Assembly: GCA_045589595.1 (NCBI GenBank)
Contig: JAZNPK010000010.1
Coordinates: 3 to 64,002 of the forward strand
Direction of reading: 5' to 3'
Source of the DNA: Victivallales bacterium
GTDB taxonomy: Bacteria; Verrucomicrobiota; Lentisphaeria; Victivallales; UBA1829
Length of the DNA: 64,000 bases
The position numbers and the translations under genes were made by a program. The notes beneath the pieces are model-generated. The model saw only the letters and a program-made list of their open reading frames with translations. It was not told the origin of the DNA and searched no databases. Numbering within the stretch: the first letter of the stretch is position 1; each line of letters starts with the position of its first letter. Shown in pieces: positions 33,656 through 42,864 of this stretch.

Positions 33656-35934
33656 TTTCCGGCGTCGGCTTCCGCTTCACCTGCCGCAGGTGCTGCCGCA
33701 GAAGCACCACTTTTGCCGGAGAGCGTCTGAAGCTGTTTGATGCCTTCCGGATTGAGAGCGGAGGCTTTCGCTGTATTGCCGCAAAGCAGATAGTAAAGCC
33801 ACAGGGATTCCGTCGCTTCCGCTTTTGCCGCAACCGCTTCCACAACTTTTTCCACTTCCGCGGCATCCAGTTTGTCAAAGGGTTTCAGCATACCGGACGG
33901 CAGTTTGAGAAGCAGACGGGTCCCTTTCTTGGTCTTTCTGAGGGTGATCGTGTGCTTTTTGCCGCCGATCTCCGCCACAACACCATCCAGATTATCGTCC
34001 ATGGTTTGCAGCCATTGTCCGATCTTCACCGCCTGCTGCAGTGATGTGATCAGACCGGATGCCCAGACTTTTGTATCGTTCGCCGCTTTGGAGACATCCG
34101 CATCTTCCGCGTTCAGCTCTTCATTCGCCAGACAGCTTTCAAGAGCTTTCTGCATGGTCTTGAGATTTTCAACCGGATTCTTGGTGCCGTCTCCTTCGCC
34201 GGCAGCAAGGAAATCTGCCGCCGCCTGTTTCTGACGGTCTGCCACTGCTTTCTTCTGGGCTTCCAGAAGGCGTTTCGCTTCTTCCGCTTTCCGTTTCGCT
34301 TCCGCTGCAGCCTGAAGCTGACGGCGTTTCGCTTCTTCCGCTTTCCGTTTTTCAGCGGCAATACGGGCAGCTTCCTCGTCCCGTTTCTGCTGTTCAAGTT
34401 CCAGCGTTTCTTCGTGACGGCGTACTGCGTTCTGGCGGTGCTGATCCAATGCCACTTCTTCCGCTTTTGCGTAATACATCAGCATTTCAGCGAATTGTTC
34501 CTTTTCGCCGGCAGTTTTCGGCGCGCCGAATTCAGGATTCGTCATGACCTTTTCGCAGAGTTGGAGGATCTCAGCAGGTTTTTCCGCATTGTATTTTGCA
34601 TGAGCGCAAACTTTTTCCAACTCGATCTCAAACGCAGTCTTCTTCGGCGGAGGGGGCGCTTTCGGCTGTTCCACCGGCTTTTCACGGTTCATCATCAGCG
34701 GAACGGCAACACCGCCGCCAACCAGCAGAAGACCGACAACGATCCCGGCAACGATCAATCCCGTCTTGCTGCCGGATTTTGCCGCTTTGCCGCCTTTTTT
34801 GCCTTTTTTCTGTTTGCCGATATTGATGGAGGATGCCGTATTGCTGAGTTTCATCACCGGAGCGGTTCCGGTAAGACCTTTATTGCTTTTGAGTTTCAGC
34901 GGTTGACTGCTGCCCGCAGTTTTGAGTTTCATCACCGGCGGCTGTGCCTGCTGGACTTCGCCCGGAGGCGGCAGCATGATCGTGCTTGTAACACCATCCA
35001 CCGCGTGGCGGAGCTGACGGATGTCTTCCACAAGACTGTCGGCATTCTGATAACGGTCCTGGGGATCACGCGCCATCATCTTCATAATGATCGCCGAGAT
35101 CTCCGGCGAAACTGCCGCATTGATCTGATCCGGCGGGATCAGCGTGCCGCTCAGATGCTGCTGGGCGATCTCCACGGCTGTCGCGCCTTCATAGGGGAAT
35201 CTGCCGGTCACAAAATGATAGAAGGTCGCACCCAGACTGTAAATATCGCTGCGGACATCCATCGGTGCGCCTGTCAGGTGTTCCGGGCTGATGTACTGGG
35301 GCGTTCCCATAAATTCATCCGATTCACTGTCGTCCAGATCGCCGCCGATACTGGCAAGCCCCAGATCGGAGAGCTTGGCTCTGCCGCTGTTGGTCAGCAT
35401 GATATTGTCCGGCTTGATGTCTCTGTGGATCAGTTTCTGTTCGTTCCATGCGTAACTCAACGCTTCGGCGATCTGCTGGATGATCAGCAGTGCCTGATCG
35501 CCGGGGATCAGATGATATTCCGAAAGGACGTCTTTCATCGTCCTTCCTTCAATATCTTCCATGGCAAAATAGAAGATCCCTTCGTCTTCCCCGACGGCGT
35601 AAGCCTGAACGATATGGGGGTGATTCAGTTTCGCAGATGCCCGGGCCTCTTTGATGAAACCGACCACAAACTGGGAATCGTTTGCGTAGTTGTCGGCAAG
35701 GATCTTCAGGGCAGTGGAACGGTCAAGGGAGATCTGGTGAGCAAGGTAAACGACGCCCATACCGCCCCGTCCCAATTCCTTCTGAATGATAAAGTCGGCA
35801 ATGACCGCACCGGGGGCAACTCTGGATTCCGGTGTCGTTACAACAGCCCCGCAATGACCGCATTGCACCGCGATCCCGAGGTCTGTGTTTTCAACAGCAA
35901 CAATGCCTTTACAGGCTGAACATTGAAAGCGCAT
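33652..35934 (-). CDS. Ser/Thr protein kinase with N-terminal zinc ribbon, one TM segment and an extracytoplasmic coiled-coil region
   Basis: Zinc ribbon CSACKG...CGHCG. Hanks kinase motifs are GRGGMGVVY, ALK, HRDIKPDNIML, DLG and GTPQYISPE. The TM segment is GLIVAGIVVGLLLVGGGVAV. Confidence 0.88.
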   Translation of the reverse strand: MRFQCSACKGIVAVENTDLGIAVQCGHCGAVVTTPESRVAPGAVIADFIIQKELGRGGMGVVYLAHQISLDRSTALKILADNYANDSQFVVGFIKEARASAKLNHPHIVQAYAVGEDEGIFYFAMEDIEGRTMKDVLSEYHLIPGDQALLIIQQIAEALSYAWNEQKLIHRDIKPDNIMLTNSGRAKLSDLGLASIGGDLDDSESDEFMGTPQYISPEHLTGAPMDVRSDIYSLGATFYHFVTGRFPYEGATAVEIAQQHLSGTLIPPDQINAAVSPEISAIIMKMMARDPQDRYQNADSLVEDIRQLRHAVDGVTSTIMLPPPGEVQQAQPPVMKLKTAGSSQPLKLKSNKGLTGTAPVMKLSNTASSINIGKQKKGKKGGKAAKSGSKTGLIVAGIVVGLLLVGGGVAVPLMMNREKPVEQPKAPPPPKKTAFEIELEKVCAHAKYNAEKPAEILQLCEKVMTNPEFGAPKTAGEKEQFAEMLMYYAKAEEVALDQHRQNAVRRHEETLELEQQKRDEEAARIAAEKRKAEEAKRRQLQAAAEAKRKAEEAKRLLEAQKKAVADRQKQAAADFLAAGEGDGTKNPVENLKTMQKALESCLANEELNAEDADVSKAANDTKVWASGLITSLQQAVKIGQWLQTMDDNLDGVVAEIGGKKHTITLRKTKKGTRLLLKLPSGMLKPFDKLDAAEVEKVVEAVAAKAEATESLWLYYLLCGNTAKASALNPEGIKQLQTLSGKSGASAAAPAAGEAEADAGK

Positions 35935-35993
35935 TTTCTGATTGAATTCCTTTTATTTATCGTCTTCTGATGACGTTTGTTTTCGGTTTCGGA

Positions 35994-36782
35994 TCACTTG
36001 CTTTTGATCTCTGTTTCGTAAGTCACTCTGCCGGAAAGTCCGCTGATCTTCATGATCTGATAGACCTGCTGATTTTTTGCCCGGGGAGTCAAACGGAGAT
36101 CTTTCAAATGGGGATCAAAATAACCTTCTGTCACATAGATCTCCAGAATATCTTCTTTCGATCCCTGATCCACAAGGTCTTCCTGATTGGAGCTGGTGTA
36201 AAGCTGACCGTTGGGGCTGATGATGACATAACGCTCAAAGTCGATTTTACAGTCAGAGTCGGAGAAAAGATCATCATCGCTGAATGTTTCATAAATGCGG
36301 CGGAGATTGCCCACATGAACATTCTTGATCGGTCTGTCGAGAACGGAAAAATGTGCGTCATTATCGCTGATGATGGAGCCTTCCGGCAAACGGACCCAGT
36401 CCGAATTGGGCAGCCACATGACAAAGTAAAATTCGTTGGTGCTGGTCTTGGTCACCAGCGCTGTACGGCAGGACGCATTGTAGTAGCCGGCAAGTTTGGA
36501 GGAGTCCTTGTCTGTTCTGTCACCATCCAGATCGTTTTTGCGCAATTCTTCCATGCGGGGGAAGATCACCGCCACATAACAATGATTGGTCAATGCGTAG
36601 TTTCTGGCAATGGCGATCTGACCTGCAATTTCCTGCGTTGCATGCGTCAGGACTTTACTGCGGGAAATTCGTGTGAAGGAGGGGACCGTGATACCGATGA
36701 GCATCCCCATCAGGATCATGACCACGATCAGTTCGATCAGGGTGAACGAACGGTTCCGGCTGTTTTGTTTCAGTTTCATCAT
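35994..36782 (-). CDS. prepilin-type N-terminal cleavage/methylation domain protein (pseudopilin)
   Basis: N-terminus MMKLKQNSRNRS-FTLIELIVVMILMGMLIGI: FTLIE with Glu at +5, then a hydrophobic helix. Confidence 0.8.
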   Translation of the reverse strand: MMKLKQNSRNRSFTLIELIVVMILMGMLIGITVPSFTRISRSKVLTHATQEIAGQIAIARNYALTNHCYVAVIFPRMEELRKNDLDGDRTDKDSSKLAGYYNASCRTALVTKTSTNEFYFVMWLPNSDWVRLPEGSIISDNDAHFSVLDRPIKNVHVGNLRRIYETFSDDDLFSDSDCKIDFERYVIISPNGQLYTSSNQEDLVDQGSKEDILEIYVTEGYFDPHLKDLRLTPRAKNQQVYQIMKISGLSGRVTYETEIKSK

Positions 36783-37444
36783 TTATCTTTTTCTCCCGCC
36801 GCTGAAGATTGCTGTTTGAGTTTTTCAGCCGCCAGCCACGCCTGTCCGCGGCGCTGACGGTTCTTTTTCACCAGTTCCCGGTATTTTTCCCGCGGAATGA
36901 TCTTCTTTTTGGCACGCAGACAATCTTTATATTTGTCCACGGTCTTTTCGAAGTTGTCAAATGCTTTGTCAAAGTAATCTTTATTGCCGGAAAAACGGGC
37001 TTTGTCCAGAATACTGACCGCCTGTTTGATTTGCATTCCGGCTCTGCCCAAATTGATGTACCAGTCCAGTTCATGACGGGTCACTTCCTGCAGATCGTCT
37101 TTGGAAATGTCATTCATAAAAAGCGTTTCATAGGGAAAGAAATGTTTTCTGAACTCAATGGACGAGATCACATATTCTTTTCCTTCGGCAAGTTCCCCTT
37201 CTTTCGCTTTCTTCCGGACGTTGGTGTTGTTGGCAGGATCCTTCCGGTATTTTGCCGTAGCCCAGTCTGTGAAAGTCTTGATCTTGTCCAATACAAATGT
37301 TTCATTGTATGGGGGAGCCAGAACTTCCTCCGGCACCATAACGCGTTTCTGACGCTGCTGCGCCGGCAGAAGCACGGCTGCGAACAGCAGAAGAAGCGTC
37401 AGCGCCGCACTGAAAATTTTTCCGGTATTATTCCGCATATTCAT
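36779..37444 (-). CDS. hypothetical exported or membrane-anchored protein
   Basis: N-terminal hydrophobic signal IFSAALTLLLLFAAVLLPAQQ. It overlaps both neighbouring genes, indicating translational coupling within the pseudopilin operon. Confidence 0.65.
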   Translation of the reverse strand: MNMRNNTGKIFSAALTLLLLFAAVLLPAQQRQKRVMVPEEVLAPPYNETFVLDKIKTFTDWATAKYRKDPANNTNVRKKAKEGELAEGKEYVISSIEFRKHFFPYETLFMNDISKDDLQEVTRHELDWYINLGRAGMQIKQAVSILDKARFSGNKDYFDKAFDNFEKTVDKYKDCLRAKKKIIPREKYRELVKKNRQRRGQAWLAAEKLKQQSSAAGEKDK

Positions 37445-40400
37445 ATTTCACAACTCCCCATGTACCTTCCGTCTGATTGAATTCCAGATCAATGATGACC
37501 TTTGTTTCGCCGGTGATGGCATCTGCACCGGCGTCAAATCTGCCCTTCTGTGCATCTACGATCGCTTCCAGCAGCACGCCGTTGGGCGGGTTTGCAAACA
37601 GGGAAACATTATCTTCCGCCGCATCCGAAAACTTGCGGTACCCGGCTTGGAACTGGGCTGCTGTGTTTTCTTCTTTTCTCAGATTTGCAGAACTGATCTG
37701 CGCGATCTTACCGTCGTTGTTCCAGTCTTTCACCGTAACGGCATCACCGGCATCACGCAACGTCTGCACGATCATGATCGCTTTGAGTTTTTTCGGCGTG
37801 GAATTGACTTTGACAAGATTGATGAATCTGCCGATGATCTGTTCTTCCTGCGCGTCAGTTTTGTTCTGCCCGCCGTCTGCGACCTGACGGATCGGGAACA
37901 GGATATCACCGTTTGAATTGTCGATCGCCAACAAGTCGGAACGGCGGAAGAAACGGTATTTGAACTTATCCTTGTCATCCTCATAACACTCGCCATTGTC
38001 GCTGCCGTTATCTTTTTCTGCGCTGTAGAGACCATCCCAGCCGTTACCGCCGTAGATCGCTCTGTCAAGTGTAGAGGCGAGAATGAGAGCATCGTACTCG
38101 TAATCCGGTTTGTTGCCGTGTCCATTGGGATAGATGATCTCTTCCGTTTCCGTGCTGTTGATGACGGCATTCGAGTCTTCTATACCGCTGCGGTCCAGAC
38201 CCTGACGGAGATAATTTCCGTGGACCCGGATGGGCATATTGTTGAAGAGAGAACCGTAAATAACATTGCGGATGTCCGTATTGGTCTGACGCGCCAGTGC
38301 CACTTTGCCGAGAACAACAGCGTCATTGACCATTTTGAGCTGATCAAGGATGGGCGCATCACCGTATTTGTATTCCCCGCCGCCGAGGTCTTTGAATCCT
38401 TTTGCCTTGATGTAGGCTGCGCGGGACACACTGATATTCAGACTCTGCCATTTCGCTGCACGGTGGATCGCTCCCAGTTCCCAGAGGGATTCCATCGGCA
38501 TTTCACCGCGTCCTTCAATATAATGACGGATAAACGCTGTGGAAATATGGGTTTCGCGGGTCGCTTTTTCCTTGATGCCGGTATAGGTGATCGCGCCGAT
38601 ACCACCGCCGATGCCACCACCGATGCCTCCGCCGATACCACCGCCGATGCCTCCGCCGATACCGCCGCCGATACCGCCGCCGATACCGCCGCCGATACCG
38701 CCGCCGCCACCACCGCCGCCTTTCTGGCTGCGTGCCCAGGCGGGATCACTGGTGACTTCATAGTCCTGAGTCGCGCGATCACCGCTCTTCTTGCCGTATT
38801 TGCAAGTGACAACAGAGTTTGTACCGATCTGTCCTTTCAGAGACAGCGAGTGTTCGTTTTTGTTGCCCATCAATGTGTTGAGGTAATTTGCATACTGCTG
38901 GTTGTCCCGGTCTTTCTTCTTTTCGTCCCGGACGCTCCAGTCGCCGCTGTTCAGGTTCTGACGGGGATCATCCACTTCCATGTCGCGGTAATAAACCACA
39001 CCCGAACCTGCATTGTAGAGCGAGACATTCACTTCATCATTCCATGCTGTATCCACATTGATATTGGCGCAGTCCACATATTCTTCCGCTTTGCCTTCGG
39101 GGAATGTGGCGCATTTTGACTGTCCTTCTTCGGACGTGGTCTTTCTGCGTTTCAGCAGCAGACGCTGGATGTTGACTTTCACATTTCTGATCTTGATCCG
39201 TTCACTGAGGGAGGCATCGTTAAAAGTTCCGGCATTTGCAGTGAAGTTGCGGGTGGCAATGACTTTTTCATCTTCCTCCGCAAGATATGCAAAATATCCG
39301 GTCTTCGCAACCGTGGACGAATAACTCATAATGTCTTCCGCCCGCGTCTGTGTCAGACTTTTCAGATCAATGGTGACGGGTGTGGCGTTCCACTGATTTG
39401 TCTGGGGTTCCAGAAATTCAAAGGAGAGAGTACCGATGATCTCCGGGGTGTACCGGCTGAAATCGCAGGGATTTCTCGGTGACGGTTCCTGGGCATCATT
39501 GGCGTTGTCGCCCAGTGTGTTATAGTACATATCCACCAGTTCCGTGATGAATTTGTAGTCCAGTTTGTATTCCACTGAAATGGTCTGAATCTGGCTGTTC
39601 GCCGGCTGGTCAATGTGCTGGTCTGCACTGAAATGAAGCAGGAAGAAATGTTCATTCAGGTACAGGGTCCGTTTCAAACCGGTATATTTCGGCGGTGTGT
39701 CTTTCCATTTATCCGGATCGACATCGGACACGACCGGGCGGCTTGCGGGTGAACAGAAGTTCAGCAGGTTCGCGAGGATCTGGTTCCGTTTATCTTCTTC
39801 ACTATCCCAGCCGCCTTCTTTATCCGCCCAGTTTTTGAACCAGGGGATACCGCCGGTATTCAAATCGTCTTTTGTGGGATTTTCGGGAACGAACGGAACA
39901 GGATCGGCGATCAGATCCCCGATTCCCAAATTATTCCAGTCCGTACGGCGCATATTGAAACGGTGATAAAATTCGCCTTCATCTTCGCTGCCGTTTTCGT
40001 TTTCGTCTTCCCACCAGGCTTCTTTATCGCCGGTTGTTTCCACGGTGAGATATTTTTCCACATTGGCAACGATCTGTGCGTAGTCCGCCTTTTCGGCATT
40101 GGATGCGGAAGATCCGGGCTTTTCATTGCCAAAAGAGGAGAGCAGATCCTGCGTATTCTGCCAGATCCGGTAATTTCTGCCGCCGAAATCGGCGCGGGTG
40201 CTGTAGAATTTTGACCGCAGGGAGGATGTCACAGCTCTGCCGTCGCCGAGGTTTTCGATCTTCTGGGACTGACCGCCATCGGAGGGCGGGATGTTCAGCG
40301 CACCATCGCTGTCGCTGCCGTTATTCAGCGTGAAAAACAGTTCAGCCGCAGAGTTGCCGAGGCGTTTTGCGCAGTAGTTGCAGCCGTCTGCAAGGTCCCG

Positions 40401-41051
40401 GTTCTGTTCTGTGGTCAGGTGTTTGCAGTAAACATGGTTTGCAATGGCGTTGGGATTCAGGCGTGCCAGAGTGGGAATGGTGATGTAGGCAAAACGGGCG
40501 ATCACAGCACCGCTGTGGTTCGAGTTTCCGCTGGCGGGTCTGCCTTTCGGTTCATGGATATACTGCCAGTTCGGCAGTGTTTTTGCATCGTATTCCCGGT
40601 TTCCGTGCTTGTCTTCGGAATAGGTCGGCAATGCCGGTTTCGTACCGTCGGAATTCTCGGAATTGGCTTCAAATGCGAAGTTTGTACCGTCTTCCAGTTT
40701 CCAGATCCAGTCAAAGTCGTACCGGTCATCTTTGATCTCTTTCCATTTTTTACCGCCTTCTGCATCGGGATCATCATCATCCGCATCTTCGCCGGATGCG
40801 ACGGAGGAAAAGAGCAGCTGATCCTGAAAACGTGTGGATTTATTGATGCCGATGATCACGCGGGGGATCAGGGATTTTGCCAGAATACGGGCGGAAAGGT
40901 TTTCACGCTGGATGGAGGAGATGGTGGACTCCACTCTTGCTTTTGATGCAAACATCATTGCGACGACAACCAGTACGGAAAGGACCCCCAATGCAAACAG
41001 CAGAGCGGTACCTTTGTTCTTTCTCAGATTTTTCCATTTTGATTTTTTCAT
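37428..41051 (-). CDS. giant GspK-like minor pseudopilin (1207 aa) with a (GGGI)9 glycine repeat
   Basis: N-terminus KNKGTALLFALGVLSVLVVVAMMFA matches the uncleaved GspK/PulK-type anchor. Start set at ATG 41051 (AGGTG RBS); the ORF-track TTG start at 41069 is rejected. Confidence 0.7.
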   Translation of the reverse strand: MKKSKWKNLRKNKGTALLFALGVLSVLVVVAMMFASKARVESTISSIQRENLSARILAKSLIPRVIIGINKSTRFQDQLLFSSVASGEDADDDDPDAEGGKKWKEIKDDRYDFDWIWKLEDGTNFAFEANSENSDGTKPALPTYSEDKHGNREYDAKTLPNWQYIHEPKGRPASGNSNHSGAVIARFAYITIPTLARLNPNAIANHVYCKHLTTEQNRDLADGCNYCAKRLGNSAAELFFTLNNGSDSDGALNIPPSDGGQSQKIENLGDGRAVTSSLRSKFYSTRADFGGRNYRIWQNTQDLLSSFGNEKPGSSASNAEKADYAQIVANVEKYLTVETTGDKEAWWEDENENGSEDEGEFYHRFNMRRTDWNNLGIGDLIADPVPFVPENPTKDDLNTGGIPWFKNWADKEGGWDSEEDKRNQILANLLNFCSPASRPVVSDVDPDKWKDTPPKYTGLKRTLYLNEHFFLLHFSADQHIDQPANSQIQTISVEYKLDYKFITELVDMYYNTLGDNANDAQEPSPRNPCDFSRYTPEIIGTLSFEFLEPQTNQWNATPVTIDLKSLTQTRAEDIMSYSSTVAKTGYFAYLAEEDEKVIATRNFTANAGTFNDASLSERIKIRNVKVNIQRLLLKRRKTTSEEGQSKCATFPEGKAEEYVDCANINVDTAWNDEVNVSLYNAGSGVVYYRDMEVDDPRQNLNSGDWSVRDEKKKDRDNQQYANYLNTLMGNKNEHSLSLKGQIGTNSVVTCKYGKKSGDRATQDYEVTSDPAWARSQKGGGGGGGGIGGGIGGGIGGGIGGGIGGGIGGGIGGGIGGGIGAITYTGIKEKATRETHISTAFIRHYIEGRGEMPMESLWELGAIHRAAKWQSLNISVSRAAYIKAKGFKDLGGGEYKYGDAPILDQLKMVNDAVVLGKVALARQTNTDIRNVIYGSLFNNMPIRVHGNYLRQGLDRSGIEDSNAVINSTETEEIIYPNGHGNKPDYEYDALILASTLDRAIYGGNGWDGLYSAEKDNGSDNGECYEDDKDKFKYRFFRRSDLLAIDNSNGDILFPIRQVADGGQNKTDAQEEQIIGRFINLVKVNSTPKKLKAIMIVQTLRDAGDAVTVKDWNNDGKIAQISSANLRKEENTAAQFQAGYRKFSDAAEDNVSLFANPPNGVLLEAIVDAQKGRFDAGADAITGETKVIIDLEFNQTEGTWGVVKYEYAE
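38595..38720 (-). repeat. In-frame 12-nt tandem repeat encoding G5-(GGGI)9-G
   Basis: The plus strand reads GCC GAT followed by eight 12-mers ending in GAT, then a run of eight Gly codons. Three consecutive perfect copies of ACCGCCGCCGAT lie at 38661-38696. Confidence 0.95.
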
Positions 41052-41065
41052 GTCTGCACCTGCTT

Positions 41066-41806
41066 TCAACGGGGTTTGACCAAGGTCAGATCAACGGGAA
41101 TGACCCGTGTGAAATACTGATAACGCTGGATCAAGGCATCATTGCTGTTGCCGAGCGCTTTTTTGATGCGGGTTTCGTCAACATTGTTTTCTTCCGCATC
41201 TTTGAGACTCTTGTATCCCAGACGGAGCGTATCCTCATCCAGCAGCGCCATTTGCAGGATCAGCGTATGAGGCAGACCGTTCAGGGCTTTCTGATAAGAA
41301 CCGTCGCCGGATGTGGAGAGCTGCTGAAGAACTTCCTGGTCGATTTTGAATTTTGCCACATTTTTCAGCAGAATGGCTTTGTGGCTGGGATTGCGTTCAA
41401 AAGCCAGATCGTCTTCGATCCAACGGTAAACTTCCATCGTCAGGGTATATTTTGACTTGTTATAGGAGTAAACGACCCGGCAGAGCTGATCAAGCGTACC
41501 CATACGCTTTGTCAGGACCTCAAGCGTTTCGCCGTTGTCTTCGATCTTGATAACATCGTTGTTATCATAGTTATCGCCTTTGTCCGTGAAAAAGTCGGCA
41601 GCACCGATATCGGTTTCGATGATCCCGATCACCGTACGGGCGTCTTCAAAAATATTCATCTTGCTGATACCGAGGGATGTGGTTTTCTGGGTCTGATTCA
41701 GCATGGAAAGCAGAGAGTACACGATCAGAGACAGCAGCCCGGTCGCCATCAGCATTTCAAGAATGGTGAAGGAAAATTTTCTTTTCAAAAGGTTTCTTTT
41801 TTTCAT
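41066..41806 (-). CDS. prepilin-type N-terminal cleavage/methylation domain protein (GspJ/PilW-like)
   Basis: N-terminus MKKRNLLKRKFS-FTILEMLMATGLLSLIVYSLL. Confidence 0.8.
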   Translation of the reverse strand: MKKRNLLKRKFSFTILEMLMATGLLSLIVYSLLSMLNQTQKTTSLGISKMNIFEDARTVIGIIETDIGAADFFTDKGDNYDNNDVIKIEDNGETLEVLTKRMGTLDQLCRVVYSYNKSKYTLTMEVYRWIEDDLAFERNPSHKAILLKNVAKFKIDQEVLQQLSTSGDGSYQKALNGLPHTLILQMALLDEDTLRLGYKSLKDAEENNVDETRIKKALGNSNDALIQRYQYFTRVIPVDLTLVKPR

Positions 41807-41814
41807 ACTTCACC

Positions 41815-42711
41815 TCAATAGTCCGTGTAGTAATATTCTTTGACAAAGAACTTTTTTGTCCGCCGGTCGTAAGGGAGATAACCCGGCCAGGAAAGTTCCA
41901 CATAAACCCGGCGCCAGAGTTCTTTTTCGGAGCGCGGCGCTGTTGAGCCGTCACTGAATTTGATTTTATCCGTGAACGTATTGCCTTCCGATTGCGTATA
42001 ATCATAGGGGACGACACCCATGGGGATCTCACGGTTGAAACGGATCTGATTCCCGTGGGAGTCATAACCGATGGTTTCCTTGTTCTGGACGCCGCCGCTG
42101 CCGTACGCTTTGATGGCATCAAAACGATCTGCAAGGTCAATTTCCACCGGCGTCACAAAAATACGGAAGCCGACGATCGCCACCGGGGGCGAGATCTCAT
42201 TATCCGGCGTTTCCTTGAAGAACAGCAGTTTGTTGCGGTCGCCGTTGATGGAGATGCAGCCGCCTTCATCGGAGCCGTACAGACAGTACAGATCTTCCCC
42301 CATGTAGGACTTTAATTTTTCGAGCTGGGTACGGTCTGTCCGTCCCTTCAGGAACAAATCATTTTTCAGCACATCTTCATCCAGAAGTCTGTCCTCTTCG
42401 GTGTCGCCATCGCCTTCCGATTTCAGGACAGCGCAGAATTCATTCATCAGATCTTCTTTGTCCTTATTGCTCAGAACGCCGTTGCGCTCGATCTTTTTGA
42501 GCAGGACCGGCTGCTGGACCAGACGATCCATCTCTGCAAAAAGAAGTGCCGCAGAGTCCGCCAGATAAGTGTCAAAGGATGTTGTTTGCGCGGTTTTCAA
42601 TGCATAAGGCAAAATCGTCATAACGCCAACGACTCCAACGGCAGTCACCCCCAACGCCAGAGAGACTTCCACCAGATTGAAGAACCGTTTGAGCTTTCTT
42701 TTAAGCTTCAT
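41815..42711 (-). CDS. degenerate prepilin-like protein, first gene of the pseudopilin operon
   Basis: N-terminus MKLKRKLKRF-FNLVEVSLALGVTAVGVVGVMTIL has Glu at +5 and a hydrophobic helix. ATG 42711 follows an AAGGTG RBS. Confidence 0.6.
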   Translation of the reverse strand: MKLKRKLKRFFNLVEVSLALGVTAVGVVGVMTILPYALKTAQTTSFDTYLADSAALLFAEMDRLVQQPVLLKKIERNGVLSNKDKEDLMNEFCAVLKSEGDGDTEEDRLLDEDVLKNDLFLKGRTDRTQLEKLKSYMGEDLYCLYGSDEGGCISINGDRNKLLFFKETPDNEISPPVAIVGFRIFVTPVEIDLADRFDAIKAYGSGGVQNKETIGYDSHGNQIRFNREIPMGVVPYDYTQSEGNTFTDKIKFSDGSTAPRSEKELWRRVYVELSWPGYLPYDRRTKKFFVKEYYYTDY

Positions 42712-42864
42712 AGCTGCACCTTTCATCGGGTATATTCTATTTTCTGACAATATATCACCGTATATATACCACAACTTTCGCTATTAAGCAAGCGGAAAAC
42801 GATTTTTTTTCAGTATTTTTTTATTATAGATGTAAGAAAGTAGGTCGATCGTGTCTGAAAACGC

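Noticed and set aside
38595-38720. Possible CRISPR array or non-coding microsatellite
   Set aside because: The period is only 12 nt with no spacers. The repeat is entirely in frame inside a long ORF, where it encodes (GGGI)n.
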